DNA from: a virus
Taxonomy: Duplodnaviria; Caudoviricetes
Direction: 5' to 3' (one strand)
Virus record (IMG/VR): IMGVR_UViG_3300025114_000020
Span: 1 to 34,651 of that record
Length of the DNA: 34,651 nt
The notes beneath the pieces are model-generated. The model was given only the letters and a program-made list of their open reading frames with translations, did no database searches and was not told the origin of the DNA. The position numbers and the translations under genes are program-made. Positions 13,783 to 24,954 of the stretch are shown here, one piece after another; positions within the stretch are counted from its first letter, which is position 1; every line of letters begins with the position of its first letter.

Positions 13783-16700
13783 CGTAAGCCTCTTCTTCAT
13801 TTTTCCATTTTGTAATATTTCGTTGTAATTGCATCATAGGTAAGCCGAATATTTTCTCTGGTAGTCTCATTGGATTTTCAATTAGATTCCCTTTAGAATA
13901 AGGACTTACATCTCTTAAGATTCGCCCAAATGGTAACATTGTATAACCGTAATATTCACCAACTCTTGACCAATCATCAGAAAGAATAGCGCTAAAAGTG
14001 GGGCCGACCATCCGCAATCCAGGAGGAGTAACCATTTGAAGAGGAGCGACTGCTTTTGGCCAGGCCCCATAAAAAGCTCTATCTCTTTCACCCTCATCAC
14101 CAAATATCCAATCAGAGTAATCTTGTATCCAACCCCATGGTTGAGGTAAATTATTTTCAAATAATGAATATGCAAATACATTGGCAAGTGCAAACGTGAA
14201 TAAGTCTGTCTGCATAGTACGTTCAAATCTCTTCCATTCTTCTGTGCCAGGGGTAAAATCGTAAATTCTTGCTTGACGACGTACATCGTTTCTAAAGCGC
14301 ACAGAATTCCAAGACCATAGTTGGAATCGACTCATTATCTTTCCTAGGCTTGTACGGGCAAATGCGGGCCTAAAAGGAGCATTATACAAGAACTGTGTAG
14401 CTCTAACACCCTTTTTAGCCATTTGGATAAGATATGGATGGTCATATTCTTTAATAGCACCACCAAATTTATCCCAAGCATGTACATAGTGAGCCATAAA
14501 CGCATCTCTACGTAAAGCTCTTTCTGGAATAGTCATAAATTTAGCAGCGAAATTCATAACTCTATCTTTAATACCATATCTATCAGCTATTTCGCCAATA
14601 GTTTTCTCTGACATTTCTGGGTCTCTAGTTAATTTAGCTGATAGTTCTGTAATAAAATCCTTGCCTTTAGTATTTTGAAATTCTTTTTGCAGTCCCATTT
14701 CATAAACAAGATATTCAGGCAAAACACCTTGACTGATAACAAAATCATTAACAGCCTGCTTATTACTCCACTTTGGATTAATCTTTGATAAATAATTATA
14801 ATTTTTAGCTTTAACAAAGTTACCCCAACCAGCAGACATAATAGTGTGTGTAGTACCTCCAAAAACGTTAGCTACTGCCGATTTAGGATGAGCTAATAAT
14901 GATGCCATTTGGTATTGAGCTTCTAAATTAGACCATGCTCTTAAAGTTTCAGTATCAATGCCCCTGAGATTTTCTGGTAAAGCTTTATCCCCTAGGCCTA
15001 TAGCTTTACCAAATTTATTAATTCTATCTCTTACTTTATTATCAGACCACCAAGCATAAGGAGTTCCTTTGATTTTCATTTTAGGGTCTTCATACATATA
15101 TTGAGGAATAATAGAAGGATTCCCGATAGCATCTTGAATATATAGTTTCATAAAATTCTGCCAAGCAACTGTCTGTTCTTTACCCCATTTCCCAATCATT
15201 TGACCATACATGTTCTGTACTTGCTCACGACCAAACATCTGATTTAGCTGCCTATGATAAGTATTAGACATAGAACGTATATATGATTCTACAACAACAG
15301 GGTCAATACTCCACCCACCCATATGAACATCCCTTGATTTCATAGAACCGGCACGTTCATTTGAATTAAACCATTTAATTCTATCTTCAGATATTTTTTT
15401 ACCTTGAGCAATATCTTCTAATACACTATCAACTAAATCCCAATCTTCCATCTCCTCAAAGCGCATTTCTCCACCAAGAGATTTATTTTTGTAATATAAC
15501 TTTTTAATTTCAAGCTTTTTTTGTTCTTCAGTCATCTCAGATTCAGGGCGCTCTAATACTCTTTTAATAGAATCCTTTATTAAGCGCTTTGAAACAGATT
15601 TATCAAAAAACATATGTGGAAAATAAGAATCAGGAGGTAGTTCTCCAGTATCACCTACTTCTTGATTAGCTATTTCTTGCCTCATTTTTTTATCAGATAT
15701 CATATCAATCTGCATTGAACGAGCTATTTTTCTCAATCCATCAATCCCGAAATATGAGGGAATATCAGAAATACCTTCTTTTATCCAACCCTTAGGAGTT
15801 CTACCAGAAACATGTTCCTGTAAATGTCTTACAAATTTTTGATAGTCATATTTAACTCCACCTCTAGGCGTTTGCAGCCTATATTGTTCAAGAGCACCCT
15901 CTCGTCCTTTAATAAATTCTTTCATCTCAACAAAAAGACTAGTTAGTTCTTTATTAATACGACCAACAACATCCTTGCCTGATATAGTTACTCTTTCTCC
16001 ATCAACAGTGACAGTATATTTTTTATCAGCCAAGTCTTTCCAGTTATTAGCCTTTTCAGCATCATGGAGTCTAGAATATATTTCATCTAAAGCACGTTTT
16101 TTTACTTCAGGGTCCTTGTCACTAGTCCTGATACGGTCAGTTTCCGTCCAATGAGCTTCTCTTTGTCTAATTGCAACTTCCCAGAGTTTTTGAGAATCTT
16201 CTAAACCACTATGGAATAGCATAGATTGATTAAATCTTTTAATATATTTATCTGATATATTTACAGCAGAATCATTCATCTTGCCAATAAAGTTCTGAAC
16301 TATATCTATATAATGAGTGGGTTTGGTGATAATACCTTCACGTACCGCTCCTGTTTTATCTGTAAAGAATCCTTTCTCTTTCATCATTACAATATCGTCT
16401 CTCATAAGTTCAGCATTAACAGCTCTGGGAAATAAGGCCCAATGACGTTTATTAAGTTGTACTGGGCCTGGCTTATGGAACATACGTTGAATAAGATTCC
16501 CCCTACGAATATCTGTCAGCCAATTTCTAAAGACTACAAAATCTCGTTTATTCATAGCATTCAAATCCTTACCAACAACACCACGCATAAGACCGTTTAT
16601 ATCTTGGCTATCTTTATTATGCATTTCTTTTACAATATCTGCAATTTCAGCAACTATTTGTTTACTTTCAGCATCAAGCTTGCCTTCCTTTATTCCTCCA

Positions 16701-19700
16701 TATCCAGAAGGTAATAACGCTTCAATTAAAGCTGGGTCTAGACCATCATCTTCTATTCGAGATTTATAGTTTTCAATCTCTTGGTCAATCCTTTTAAATT
16801 GATTTTCTGATGGAGGCCTATAACCTTCTTTAAAATTATTAGCAAAAGCAGCTATATGCTCAGTAATCGCCCTATCAGAAACAGCGTTACTATTAAATCC
16901 TAGCCTAGATACTCTAGTTCTAGAAGCTTCTTTACGGAGGCCTTTTAATACTTCCATAGTAAACCTATTAGGCTTACCCATTCCTGCTTCAAATTTATTA
17001 ATAGCCTCCATATTGCCACGATTAATAGAGCCTAACATTAATTGGTCAAATAATGCTTGACCTCCAGGAGTTAATTTGCTTTTAAATAAATTAATAGAAG
17101 TATCAATAGTATTCTGGTCCATCTCTGCAGTAGGTTCATCTCCCATAGACCTAACTGTTTTTTTTGAGGCAGGTTTAATTCCCATTGTTTTATTCATAAA
17201 TTCAACAAGTTCTTGAACAGCCTTTAATGATTCTGGGTCACTTAAATTACGGACTTGCTCGAGATGACGTTCAATATTCTTCCTATCATTAGACATTAAA
17301 TAGGAATTTATTTTTAGCCTATCTACTTCATTATGAATACGATTAATAGCCTGTTCAATAGTAGCTTCTTTATTGACATTATCTGTAAATATTATATCAT
17401 CAGTTTTCTTTAAAACATCAGCTATTCTAGAGATATTAGAAATACTTGCCAAGTCAGTCATGTCATTAACAACAAAATCTTCAGCTATATCCTTTAATTC
17501 CATCAGCAAATCTCTACGAGCCATTTTCTCTCTTGGGCCACCCAGATTTAAAGATTTACCACTTTTCCCAAAATATTTCTCTGGGTTTTCTTTAACCCAA
17601 TTAGAATACATAGTGCCCTTAATAGCTTCTAAAAATCTAGATTTACTAGCGGCAATACTATTAAGACCTTGATTGGTCCATAATTGATGTTTCATTGTAT
17701 TGATTATATAAGGATTTTTATCTACTCTAAACGAAGGTCTGCCAAGAAACTTCTTTAGCCAGTCATATTGACCTACTCTAGCAGCATGGTCGTCATAAAC
17801 TTTTAATAAAGCATCTTGATTTATCTTGCCAAAAATAGAATCTGACCAATCTAATCCATGTAATAATTTACCTATACGAGACAAAAAGGAGGTTTGTTGA
17901 GACTTAAGGGGAATATCCGATATGGCCCCACCCAAATCAAGTATTTCATTCATATTAAATTTACGACCAGCAACCCAATTTCTTCCCCAATAAGCTTTAT
18001 TAATTTTAGTCATATTGCCTAAAATACCACCCCGTATAGCTCCAGATTCTAGAATATCTCCATGAAAAACTTTATCTGCTTCAACTATATCTAATTGTTT
18101 AGGCTTTTTACCTTTTCCCCGAAGTTCTTCAACAGCAGTTATATCAAAATGCGCTTTCCACATTTCTTTAAACCAAAGTTTATTTCCCTTTAAACCAAGC
18201 TCATCTAATGGGTCAGAAGCTAATCCAATTTGTGCTCTTCCCATATTCCTCTGATGTTCTCTATCAGTTTTTTTATTTCTAGCTGTAATAGATATTTTAT
18301 AAGTAGCCCTTTTCTTACCCTTGCCACCCTTAACATAAAAAACATCCTTACCTCCATTAGCGAGTATAGCACTATAAGCTGCAGCCATAACCTGTTTATT
18401 TACTACTGCAGGTCCTAATTGGTTACGACCATTAACAGCTGCTTCAGATATTCTAATCCTTTCTGTAGGAGAATATTGAGATGCTTTAGAAATTAAATAT
18501 TCCCTTCTATTAGAGTCAGGAGAAAGAGCAAGAATATCTCTATAACTTTTATCTGTACCAGGTATTTTGGCACCTTTATTATCACTAACCTTTTCAACAC
18601 CTTTCTTGTCTGTACGATAAAATTCCTTTTTATTATCTTTATAAGCTTTCTTCCAACTTTTGCTGAAACCACCTTCACCGCCAAAGAATACAGAGGATTT
18701 ATCACCATCAAGGTCAGCGCCACCTTCAGCTCTCATAGCTCTACCATGCATTAAGATACCATGACCTTCTCTACCTGTAAACCCAGCAAATTTCAATACT
18801 TGTGCGCCTGACATAGAATCCATAGGAGTACGAACTGTTACAGCCTCAAAAACATCTTCTATGTATTCCTTATTAGCAGTAGAAGTCCCTTTAGCATTGT
18901 ATAGTTTCCATAAATCACCGAGCTTAATAGATGTAATATTTTTATGCTTGCCAGTTAAAGCGACTTTAATATTAGTATTTTTAAAAGCATTATCCAAAAA
19001 GAAGATTTCATCATTAGTTTCTAATTCTTTTAATCTAGGGTTAACATCGTCAAGATTCAACCTCATGGCCTTGTCATAAGGCCGCATAAAAGCAGATGCA
19101 GAATTATCCCTAACAGGTTTAGTCGCTTCATTAAGTAAAAAGTTTTGAACAGCTTTAATTCTAAAATCTCTAATAAATTTATGCATATAAACAGATGAAA
19201 TATTTGCATCAACACCTTCTGCTCTCTGTCCCTCAACCCATTCATTCGCTGAATTAATAACCCTATCAGCTATAGAATTAAATTCAACGATTTCTTGCTG
19301 CTCTTCATTAAATTGTTCTTCAGTAATGTCTCCTTCAAGAAAACGTTGCATAGAAGAATTTTTTTCAACTTTTAATACTTTATTATAGATAGCTTCAGAT
19401 AATCCAGGAGCATACTCATTTTTCATTGCTTCTACAAGTTTTTCTATCCCTATTTTATCAATATTGTTGATAAGTTCAGTTTCAATTTTGACTAAATCTT
19501 CAGGTTTTAAATTACCATCTTTAGCCATTTTTAAATAAGCATCAACCCGTTTATTAACGTCAGCATTACCATCCCATCGTTGACGTATTATTCCCTCAAA
19601 CATATTATCTATAACTTCTGATGAAACCTCTTTCCAGGTGGTAGGTAGTAGATTTTGCAAAAGCTGTTTAGGAATCCGTTGCTTCCCAACCATATGTTCA

Positions 19701-22700
19701 TTGCCATATACACCAAAATTTCCCCTTACATGTTCAGGAGATAAATCACTTAAAACAGAAGCTTTGTCATAAACTAATTTCCCATTTACGATATCATAAT
19801 CACTTAATTCACGTAAACCTCTTTGTTTAATAGCAGTCTCCTGCATAATCATATGAAGGCCCTCAGCTTCCATAAGTTTACTCATCTTCTCACCAGCAGC
19901 ATGCATCATATACTTGCCAAGTAAAGCTCCGTCCTTCGCGTTCGGAGACACGATGAAGGATTTATTTTGACCTGATGCGGGATTACCGAAGTCAGCATTG
20001 ATGGCATTTAGCACTTTATCTGAGACTATAATAGCACCATCTACATTCTCAGGTAATTCACTATTTAAACGAGATACATCATGAAAGAATTGTTTATCCT
20101 TTTTAGACGCCTTCTCAATAGCTTCAGACAAATCTCTAACAAGTAAGTAGTTATAGTTTTCCTGTACTTCACCAGTATCCTTGTTAATAACATCAGTTAA
20201 ACTTGATATTGTTTTTTTAGTAGGAGCATCTAATATATCTAAAAAATTACCAGATACATCATCATAGACACGTTTGCCTTGATATCTTGCATTGGCAAAT
20301 TCAACTCTTGCCTTAGCATCATCAAATCTATCCCCTATAAGCTGACCTTGATTATTGTATTTTTTAAAATGGTCTATTCTTACAATATCTCGCTTAGCAT
20401 TTGGGGAATAATTAGAAGTTCTAATATAATCTTGATATTCTTGCTCAATTTCTGAGCTTTCCTTTAAAATCTTGCCTGGAATAACAACTTCTTTTGTTAA
20501 TTGTTTCTTGATAAACTCAACATCACCTTCCCAGGCATTATTCATCCATATTTGCTGACGTTTATTAAATGCAGCAGAGTCTTTGATAAACCCTGGATGG
20601 GTTAGTAGTGTTTTAATATTAGCATCAGTAGCTTCCATACCATTCATATGTAAATCATAATATAGATTAGAAAGCCACATCCTGTCAAAGTCTTTACTAG
20701 AGCCTTTATATTTCTGTATAAATTCTTTTCTAGAACGATTTAATTGAATGTTAAATTTTTGATGCTTACCTTTGATGCTTTTATTAATAGCATTGATTTT
20801 TTTAGTAGCTTCTGCGGCAGAAATATTAGCAACTTCAGGATTATACTTTACCCATATTATTTTATCTTTATCAGAAGAACCACCGAAAGCATAGTAACCT
20901 TTCTTAGCCATTTTTTTCATAGCATTAGAAACAAAAGAATCATATGCTTTACTAGCTACTCTTTCATCCCAATTATTCTCACGTAATAAATGGTTATTTC
21001 TAAAATCAGACAAGTCTAAATCTCTGTTTCCCTTTTCGGTTTTAATTGTTATATGGTCAAGCACCATATAAGTAGGCTCTGTATCAGCCCCGCCCTTTTC
21101 TCTGTAAGCAACTTCAATCCTTTTAATAGGCTCTTCTTGGTGTTTACGATTACCAGCACGGGAAATAGGATTTGAGGGATTAGACATCTCAAATACAGTA
21201 TTACCATCAGATTGTAAGTGAGTGACAAGCTTCCCCATATTCTTTCTTGTCATCCATTGACGTAATTCACGTCTTCCTTCTTCTTTTAATTCAAATTTAC
21301 TATCACCAGTTACATCTCGTAGTTCTTGTTGTAAGGCATCGGCCCATTCTTCTGATAAATTTTCCTTTGAACCACGTCGTAAATAGAGAGGATTACCTCC
21401 TTCATCAGTACGTTGAAGAACTGTTTCAACGATATTAGAAAGTTCACGTTTCTTATTCTGCTGGTCTAATACAGTAGGAGCTCCTGCAAATAATTTATTT
21501 AGATGCTTCTTCGTGAATTGTAATGAGCGCTTACCAACTTCTAATTCAGTTGGACCTTCAAAGTCTGTATCAGCCTTGTCAGATATCTCGCTTGATATCG
21601 TCTCTTTATTTATAGCTTCTGGTGTAACTCCTTTTAATGGTGGCGCTGTTAATCTATTTCTTCTTTCAACTAAATCTTGATTTTTAGCTATTACTTCAGC
21701 TAATTTACTTTCAGCCTCAAAGGTATCGACTCCTTGAGCTTCTTTAGCAATTATATCATCCTTAAGTTCAAAGCCTAATTTTTCTGTTTCTGCAATTTCC
21801 TTACCAAGCTTTGCTATCTTAGCCTTTTTAGCCTTTTCTTTAGCGTTTGTAGCCACTTTCTCAGTAGCAGTGGACACTGGCTTCCAATTATCCTCAAAGA
21901 GCGTTTTAATGGCCTGTCTACCCGCCTCATTAATGTTTCTAGTGCCAATACCAGCAAATCTTCTAGGCGGTGCAGGCGGTTCTTTAATATGGGTAAACAT
22001 TCCAAGGCCTTTATTAGCTCCTTGATTCCATTTATACCATACACCTTCAGCTTGATTAAAAAAGAATACAGGCTTACCATTATCAATAGCCATTTGTACT
22101 GACAATCCAGTACCACCCTTAACCTGAGTTTGACCTTTAATAAAAAGCTGCTCTCCCTCACCTGTTTCTCTTATTTGAGGACGTTCAAATTCTCCTATAG
22201 CATATACTGCATCAGCATATTTAATCTGATACCAATTACGTCTTTGTAAATTTCTTGAAAATTCCTTATTAGGAACTTTTTTACCAATATTCTTATTAGC
22301 TTCTCTAATATGAGAATCAGCTTCTTCTAATTCAGTAGTAGATAATACACGCTGGAACCCAGTAGCTCTAATACCTTTAGCATGACCACCAAAAGTATAG
22401 TTAATAGTAGGTATACCCATCCTATCAGCTTGTTTGGCAAATTCAGTATCAGCACCTTTAGCTCCCCCAGATGTAACATATGTTTTGAATTTTTCTCGAA
22501 CCATTTTAGGGTCGGCTTTATATATTTGCTCACCATCCCTATATTCACCAGTAGGTTCAAATCCTTTCTCAATTAGCTGCTCTTCAGTAACCTTGCCTTC
22601 TATTCCAAGTTCTTGTAGAAGTTTCATAGCCATCCAGCCTTCTTTATTAGCATCCGGGTCTCCCCAGGCTTTTGTAGCTTCTTCTTTTAATATAGGCTTG

Positions 22701-23617
22701 ACTTCTTCAGGTAATTTATCATATTTAGGCATAAGTTCAGGGTCCATGCCTGACATACCAGCCCACTCAGGGTCCTTTTGAGCTTTTTCTCCCATCGTTT
22801 TCATGAATTTATGAGCCTTAGCTCTAGTCCAAGAGACCTCATTACCACCAAAATAAGCACCCATAGTGTATTCATATATCTGCTCAGGAGTAGTATCACC
22901 TCTCATAGTCGATGGTAGTCCCATAAACAGGGAGCCTGCTAAGGCTTTTCCTACCTTCTCATGGGTAGAGGTACCAGGTGTCAAGTTTCCTATTGTTCTG
23001 AAAACACCCCCAGCTACAGCACCACCCATACCAGATTCAATCATCTGGTCTACACCACCCTGCCATGAAGAAATAGCAGATGCCGCGCCTAATTTAAAAG
23101 CGCCCTCAACAATATGCCTAGCTTTATTGCCCATAAGAAAGTTTTTAGCTGTATCCACAGCTTGACTTCTTCCTACAAAGCTTTTACCTAATGTTTTGAC
23201 AGAAGTTTTTGCATGTTTAGTAAGGAAATCAGCGCCACGCATAGGAATTGATTTAAGATTTGCAGCAGCAGCCGCAAACCCTCGAGCGCCAAGCATAGCA
23301 GCAGGTTTAGACATTATACCAGGAACAAAACCGGCAAGATGTCCTAGGTTTCTAAATATTTGTTCGTATTCGTTATCAGGATGTTCGGCTATATTTAGAG
23401 TAGTAAAGCCTTCTACAAAACCAGCACCCGCTTGTCCTATAGCCTGAAGGAGGGAAAAATCTCCTGTATAATAAGGTATCCCATACGCTTCAGCATGCTG
23501 TTGTATTTGCTCTTGTTGTTCTGGCCTTAAGAGATGTTCAAAATCCTTATACTTATTTATTTGTTGCTTAGTATAATTTTCATCCCATTGTGGTTGCCAA
23601 TTGGCAGGTATAGGCAT
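13769..23617 (-). CDS. Giant virion-type protein with a two-barrel (DPBB) RNA polymerase domain and a SLOG-like domain; putative virion RNA polymerase
   Basis: Polymerase motifs VRTPMD (R1596) ... GGADLDGD (D1635/1637/1639, nt 18701-18724), with upstream DGAIIVS, QNKSF, GKY and AIKQ. SLOG-like motifs SGGAKGAD...GGTG...GKPV...AGIGTR. AAAGGAG RBS; located in the virion block. Confidence 0.8.
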   Translation of the reverse strand: MPIPANWQPQWDENYTKQQINKYKDFEHLLRPEQQEQIQQHAEAYGIPYYTGDFSLLQAIGQAGAGFVEGFTTLNIAEHPDNEYEQIFRNLGHLAGFVPGIMSKPAAMLGARGFAAAAANLKSIPMRGADFLTKHAKTSVKTLGKSFVGRSQAVDTAKNFLMGNKARHIVEGAFKLGAASAISSWQGGVDQMIESGMGGAVAGGVFRTIGNLTPGTSTHEKVGKALAGSLFMGLPSTMRGDTTPEQIYEYTMGAYFGGNEVSWTRAKAHKFMKTMGEKAQKDPEWAGMSGMDPELMPKYDKLPEEVKPILKEEATKAWGDPDANKEGWMAMKLLQELGIEGKVTEEQLIEKGFEPTGEYRDGEQIYKADPKMVREKFKTYVTSGGAKGADTEFAKQADRMGIPTINYTFGGHAKGIRATGFQRVLSTTELEEADSHIREANKNIGKKVPNKEFSRNLQRRNWYQIKYADAVYAIGEFERPQIRETGEGEQLFIKGQTQVKGGTGLSVQMAIDNGKPVFFFNQAEGVWYKWNQGANKGLGMFTHIKEPPAPPRRFAGIGTRNINEAGRQAIKTLFEDNWKPVSTATEKVATNAKEKAKKAKIAKLGKEIAETEKLGFELKDDIIAKEAQGVDTFEAESKLAEVIAKNQDLVERRNRLTAPPLKGVTPEAINKETISSEISDKADTDFEGPTELEVGKRSLQFTKKHLNKLFAGAPTVLDQQNKKRELSNIVETVLQRTDEGGNPLYLRRGSKENLSEEWADALQQELRDVTGDSKFELKEEGRRELRQWMTRKNMGKLVTHLQSDGNTVFEMSNPSNPISRAGNRKHQEEPIKRIEVAYREKGGADTEPTYMVLDHITIKTEKGNRDLDLSDFRNNHLLRENNWDERVASKAYDSFVSNAMKKMAKKGYYAFGGSSDKDKIIWVKYNPEVANISAAEATKKINAINKSIKGKHQKFNIQLNRSRKEFIQKYKGSSKDFDRMWLSNLYYDLHMNGMEATDANIKTLLTHPGFIKDSAAFNKRQQIWMNNAWEGDVEFIKKQLTKEVVIPGKILKESSEIEQEYQDYIRTSNYSPNAKRDIVRIDHFKKYNNQGQLIGDRFDDAKARVEFANARYQGKRVYDDVSGNFLDILDAPTKKTISSLTDVINKDTGEVQENYNYLLVRDLSEAIEKASKKDKQFFHDVSRLNSELPENVDGAIIVSDKVLNAINADFGNPASGQNKSFIVSPNAKDGALLGKYMMHAAGEKMSKLMEAEGLHMIMQETAIKQRGLRELSDYDIVNGKLVYDKASVLSDLSPEHVRGNFGVYGNEHMVGKQRIPKQLLQNLLPTTWKEVSSEVIDNMFEGIIRQRWDGNADVNKRVDAYLKMAKDGNLKPEDLVKIETELINNIDKIGIEKLVEAMKNEYAPGLSEAIYNKVLKVEKNSSMQRFLEGDITEEQFNEEQQEIVEFNSIADRVINSANEWVEGQRAEGVDANISSVYMHKFIRDFRIKAVQNFLLNEATKPVRDNSASAFMRPYDKAMRLNLDDVNPRLKELETNDEIFFLDNAFKNTNIKVALTGKHKNITSIKLGDLWKLYNAKGTSTANKEYIEDVFEAVTVRTPMDSMSGAQVLKFAGFTGREGHGILMHGRAMRAEGGADLDGDKSSVFFGGEGGFSKSWKKAYKDNKKEFYRTDKKGVEKVSDNKGAKIPGTDKSYRDILALSPDSNRREYLISKASQYSPTERIRISEAAVNGRNQLGPAVVNKQVMAAAYSAILANGGKDVFYVKGGKGKKRATYKISITARNKKTDREHQRNMGRAQIGLASDPLDELGLKGNKLWFKEMWKAHFDITAVEELRGKGKKPKQLDIVEADKVFHGDILESGAIRGGILGNMTKINKAYWGRNWVAGRKFNMNEILDLGGAISDIPLKSQQTSFLSRIGKLLHGLDWSDSIFGKINQDALLKVYDDHAARVGQYDWLKKFLGRPSFRVDKNPYIINTMKHQLWTNQGLNSIAASKSRFLEAIKGTMYSNWVKENPEKYFGKSGKSLNLGGPREKMARRDLLMELKDIAEDFVVNDMTDLASISNISRIADVLKKTDDIIFTDNVNKEATIEQAINRIHNEVDRLKINSYLMSNDRKNIERHLEQVRNLSDPESLKAVQELVEFMNKTMGIKPASKKTVRSMGDEPTAEMDQNTIDTSINLFKSKLTPGGQALFDQLMLGSINRGNMEAINKFEAGMGKPNRFTMEVLKGLRKEASRTRVSRLGFNSNAVSDRAITEHIAAFANNFKEGYRPPSENQFKRIDQEIENYKSRIEDDGLDPALIEALLPSGYGGIKEGKLDAESKQIVAEIADIVKEMHNKDSQDINGLMRGVVGKDLNAMNKRDFVVFRNWLTDIRRGNLIQRMFHKPGPVQLNKRHWALFPRAVNAELMRDDIVMMKEKGFFTDKTGAVREGIITKPTHYIDIVQNFIGKMNDSAVNISDKYIKRFNQSMLFHSGLEDSQKLWEVAIRQREAHWTETDRIRTSDKDPEVKKRALDEIYSRLHDAEKANNWKDLADKKYTVTVDGERVTISGKDVVGRINKELTSLFVEMKEFIKGREGALEQYRLQTPRGGVKYDYQKFVRHLQEHVSGRTPKGWIKEGISDIPSYFGIDGLRKIARSMQIDMISDKKMRQEIANQEVGDTGELPPDSYFPHMFFDKSVSKRLIKDSIKRVLERPESEMTEEQKKLEIKKLYYKNKSLGGEMRFEEMEDWDLVDSVLEDIAQGKKISEDRIKWFNSNERAGSMKSRDVHMGGWSIDPVVVESYIRSMSNTYHRQLNQMFGREQVQNMYGQMIGKWGKEQTVAWQNFMKLYIQDAIGNPSIIPQYMYEDPKMKIKGTPYAWWSDNKVRDRINKFGKAIGLGDKALPENLRGIDTETLRAWSNLEAQYQMASLLAHPKSAVANVFGGTTHTIMSAGWGNFVKAKNYNYLSKINPKWSNKQAVNDFVISQGVLPEYLVYEMGLQKEFQNTKGKDFITELSAKLTRDPEMSEKTIGEIADRYGIKDRVMNFAAKFMTIPERALRRDAFMAHYVHAWDKFGGAIKEYDHPYLIQMAKKGVRATQFLYNAPFRPAFARTSLGKIMSRFQLWSWNSVRFRNDVRRQARIYDFTPGTEEWKRFERTMQTDLFTFALANVFAYSLFENNLPQPWGWIQDYSDWIFGDEGERDRAFYGAWPKAVAPLQMVTPPGLRMVGPTFSAILSDDWSRVGEYYGYTMLPFGRILRDVSPYSKGNLIENPMRLPEKIFGLPMMQLQRNITKWKNEEEAYDAIR

Positions 23618-23629
23618 GTTACTCCTTTA

Positions 23630-24943
23630 TTAATCTTCAGATGTCCACTCATTATATAGGCCCACTATTTCAGAAGCCGTAAAACCTAAAGCAAGTAAAT
23701 CTCCAAAAGGAAGAGCAGGAGAATCAGCCATAGCCATAGTCGTAGCTTTTCCTAATATCGCAGGTACCTTTCTAGCTAGAAATTTCCAAAAACTTTTAGT
23801 TTTTTTAGGAGCATCTAAAGCTTTAGCCATTGTAGCAACCCCCACTGTTCTTCCAATATCGCCACCTGTATCTCCAGCAACATCTCCTATTGTTTCTCCT
23901 ATACTAGGAGCAAAATAAGGAGCAGCTCCTTTTACAAATCCTTTTACAGAAGGCTTGGCACCTTTAGGCATTGCTTTACCTTTAGCCCATTTGGCAGCTT
24001 TACCTAAAGCTGTCTCAGATAAACCTGTATTACGAGCAAATCCTTTTATCTTACTAGAAGCTTTCCATGTGGTTCCAGCCTTACCAGAAGCACCTTTCTT
24101 TTCTCCATACACTTTTTCATATTTACCAGCACTCATCCCACCTTTCCTAGGGTCACCCCAAGCTGCTTCAGCAGCCTTAAGATATTCAGCACTACCCTCT
24201 GTAAATGTACCATATGCTTTATGGGCTCCATATGCCAATGGAGCAGCACCCATAAGGGTCGCAACAGGGCCACCTTTTAATCTAGCACCTTCCCCTTCTA
24301 CGCCGGGGTCATATACTATTGAAGCCAAATCTTTTAACCAGTGTTCATCTTTCACCGGAGGTTCATACAATAGTGGAGTCATGAATTGAGCCCCTTGCCC
24401 CCCTGCCATAGCAGCAACTCTCGAATAATTCTCATATACTTGGTCTGCATCATGATGGGTTTGCATATATTTCATAATTGACTTTGAGCTAGCATTTGGA
24501 TTCTCCCTCTTGTATTCTTGAGCCAATATATTAAAACGACCAATGACAGTATTCATATAAGAAGCATTTTGACCCATTACCTGCTTATTAAAAGTCATAA
24601 AATCAGGATTAATATCATTTGATTTAGAAGCCGCAACATAACCTTGCCATTGTTCAGATAAATCAGGCAATTTACTTGAAAATGCTGCATTTATATCAGA
24701 ACCAGTTGCAGCATCAAAGTCTAAGCCGTGTGAACTCCATTGATTTATAGCATTTACCTGATTTTTAGTTTGTTCAGTAATTTTTTGACTATACTTTAAT
24801 TGAGCTTCCTGTAATAAAGCCATCCTCTCTGCTCTTGCATTAGCCTGATTAGAGATTCTTGACTGATTAAGTTTTTCAATATATTCCATGACATCAGTAC
24901 CAGTATCTATATTCACCTGATTGCCATAATTTCTAATTCCCAT
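23630..24943 (-). CDS. Putative internal virion / ejection protein
   Basis: Ala/Gly/Lys-rich, helical, with hydrophobic patches. AAAGGAG RBS; immediately upstream of the giant protein. Confidence 0.55.
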   Translation of the reverse strand: MGIRNYGNQVNIDTGTDVMEYIEKLNQSRISNQANARAERMALLQEAQLKYSQKITEQTKNQVNAINQWSSHGLDFDAATGSDINAAFSSKLPDLSEQWQGYVAASKSNDINPDFMTFNKQVMGQNASYMNTVIGRFNILAQEYKRENPNASSKSIMKYMQTHHDADQVYENYSRVAAMAGGQGAQFMTPLLYEPPVKDEHWLKDLASIVYDPGVEGEGARLKGGPVATLMGAAPLAYGAHKAYGTFTEGSAEYLKAAEAAWGDPRKGGMSAGKYEKVYGEKKGASGKAGTTWKASSKIKGFARNTGLSETALGKAAKWAKGKAMPKGAKPSVKGFVKGAAPYFAPSIGETIGDVAGDTGGDIGRTVGVATMAKALDAPKKTKSFWKFLARKVPAILGKATTMAMADSPALPFGDLLALGFTASEIVGLYNEWTSED

Positions 24944-24954
24944 TATTATCTCCT

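Noticed and set aside
19927-19960. GC-rich mini inverted repeats (CTCCG/CGGAG, TCCTTC/GAAGGA) in the RNAP gene
   Set aside because: They are short, inside coding sequence, and compatible with chance.
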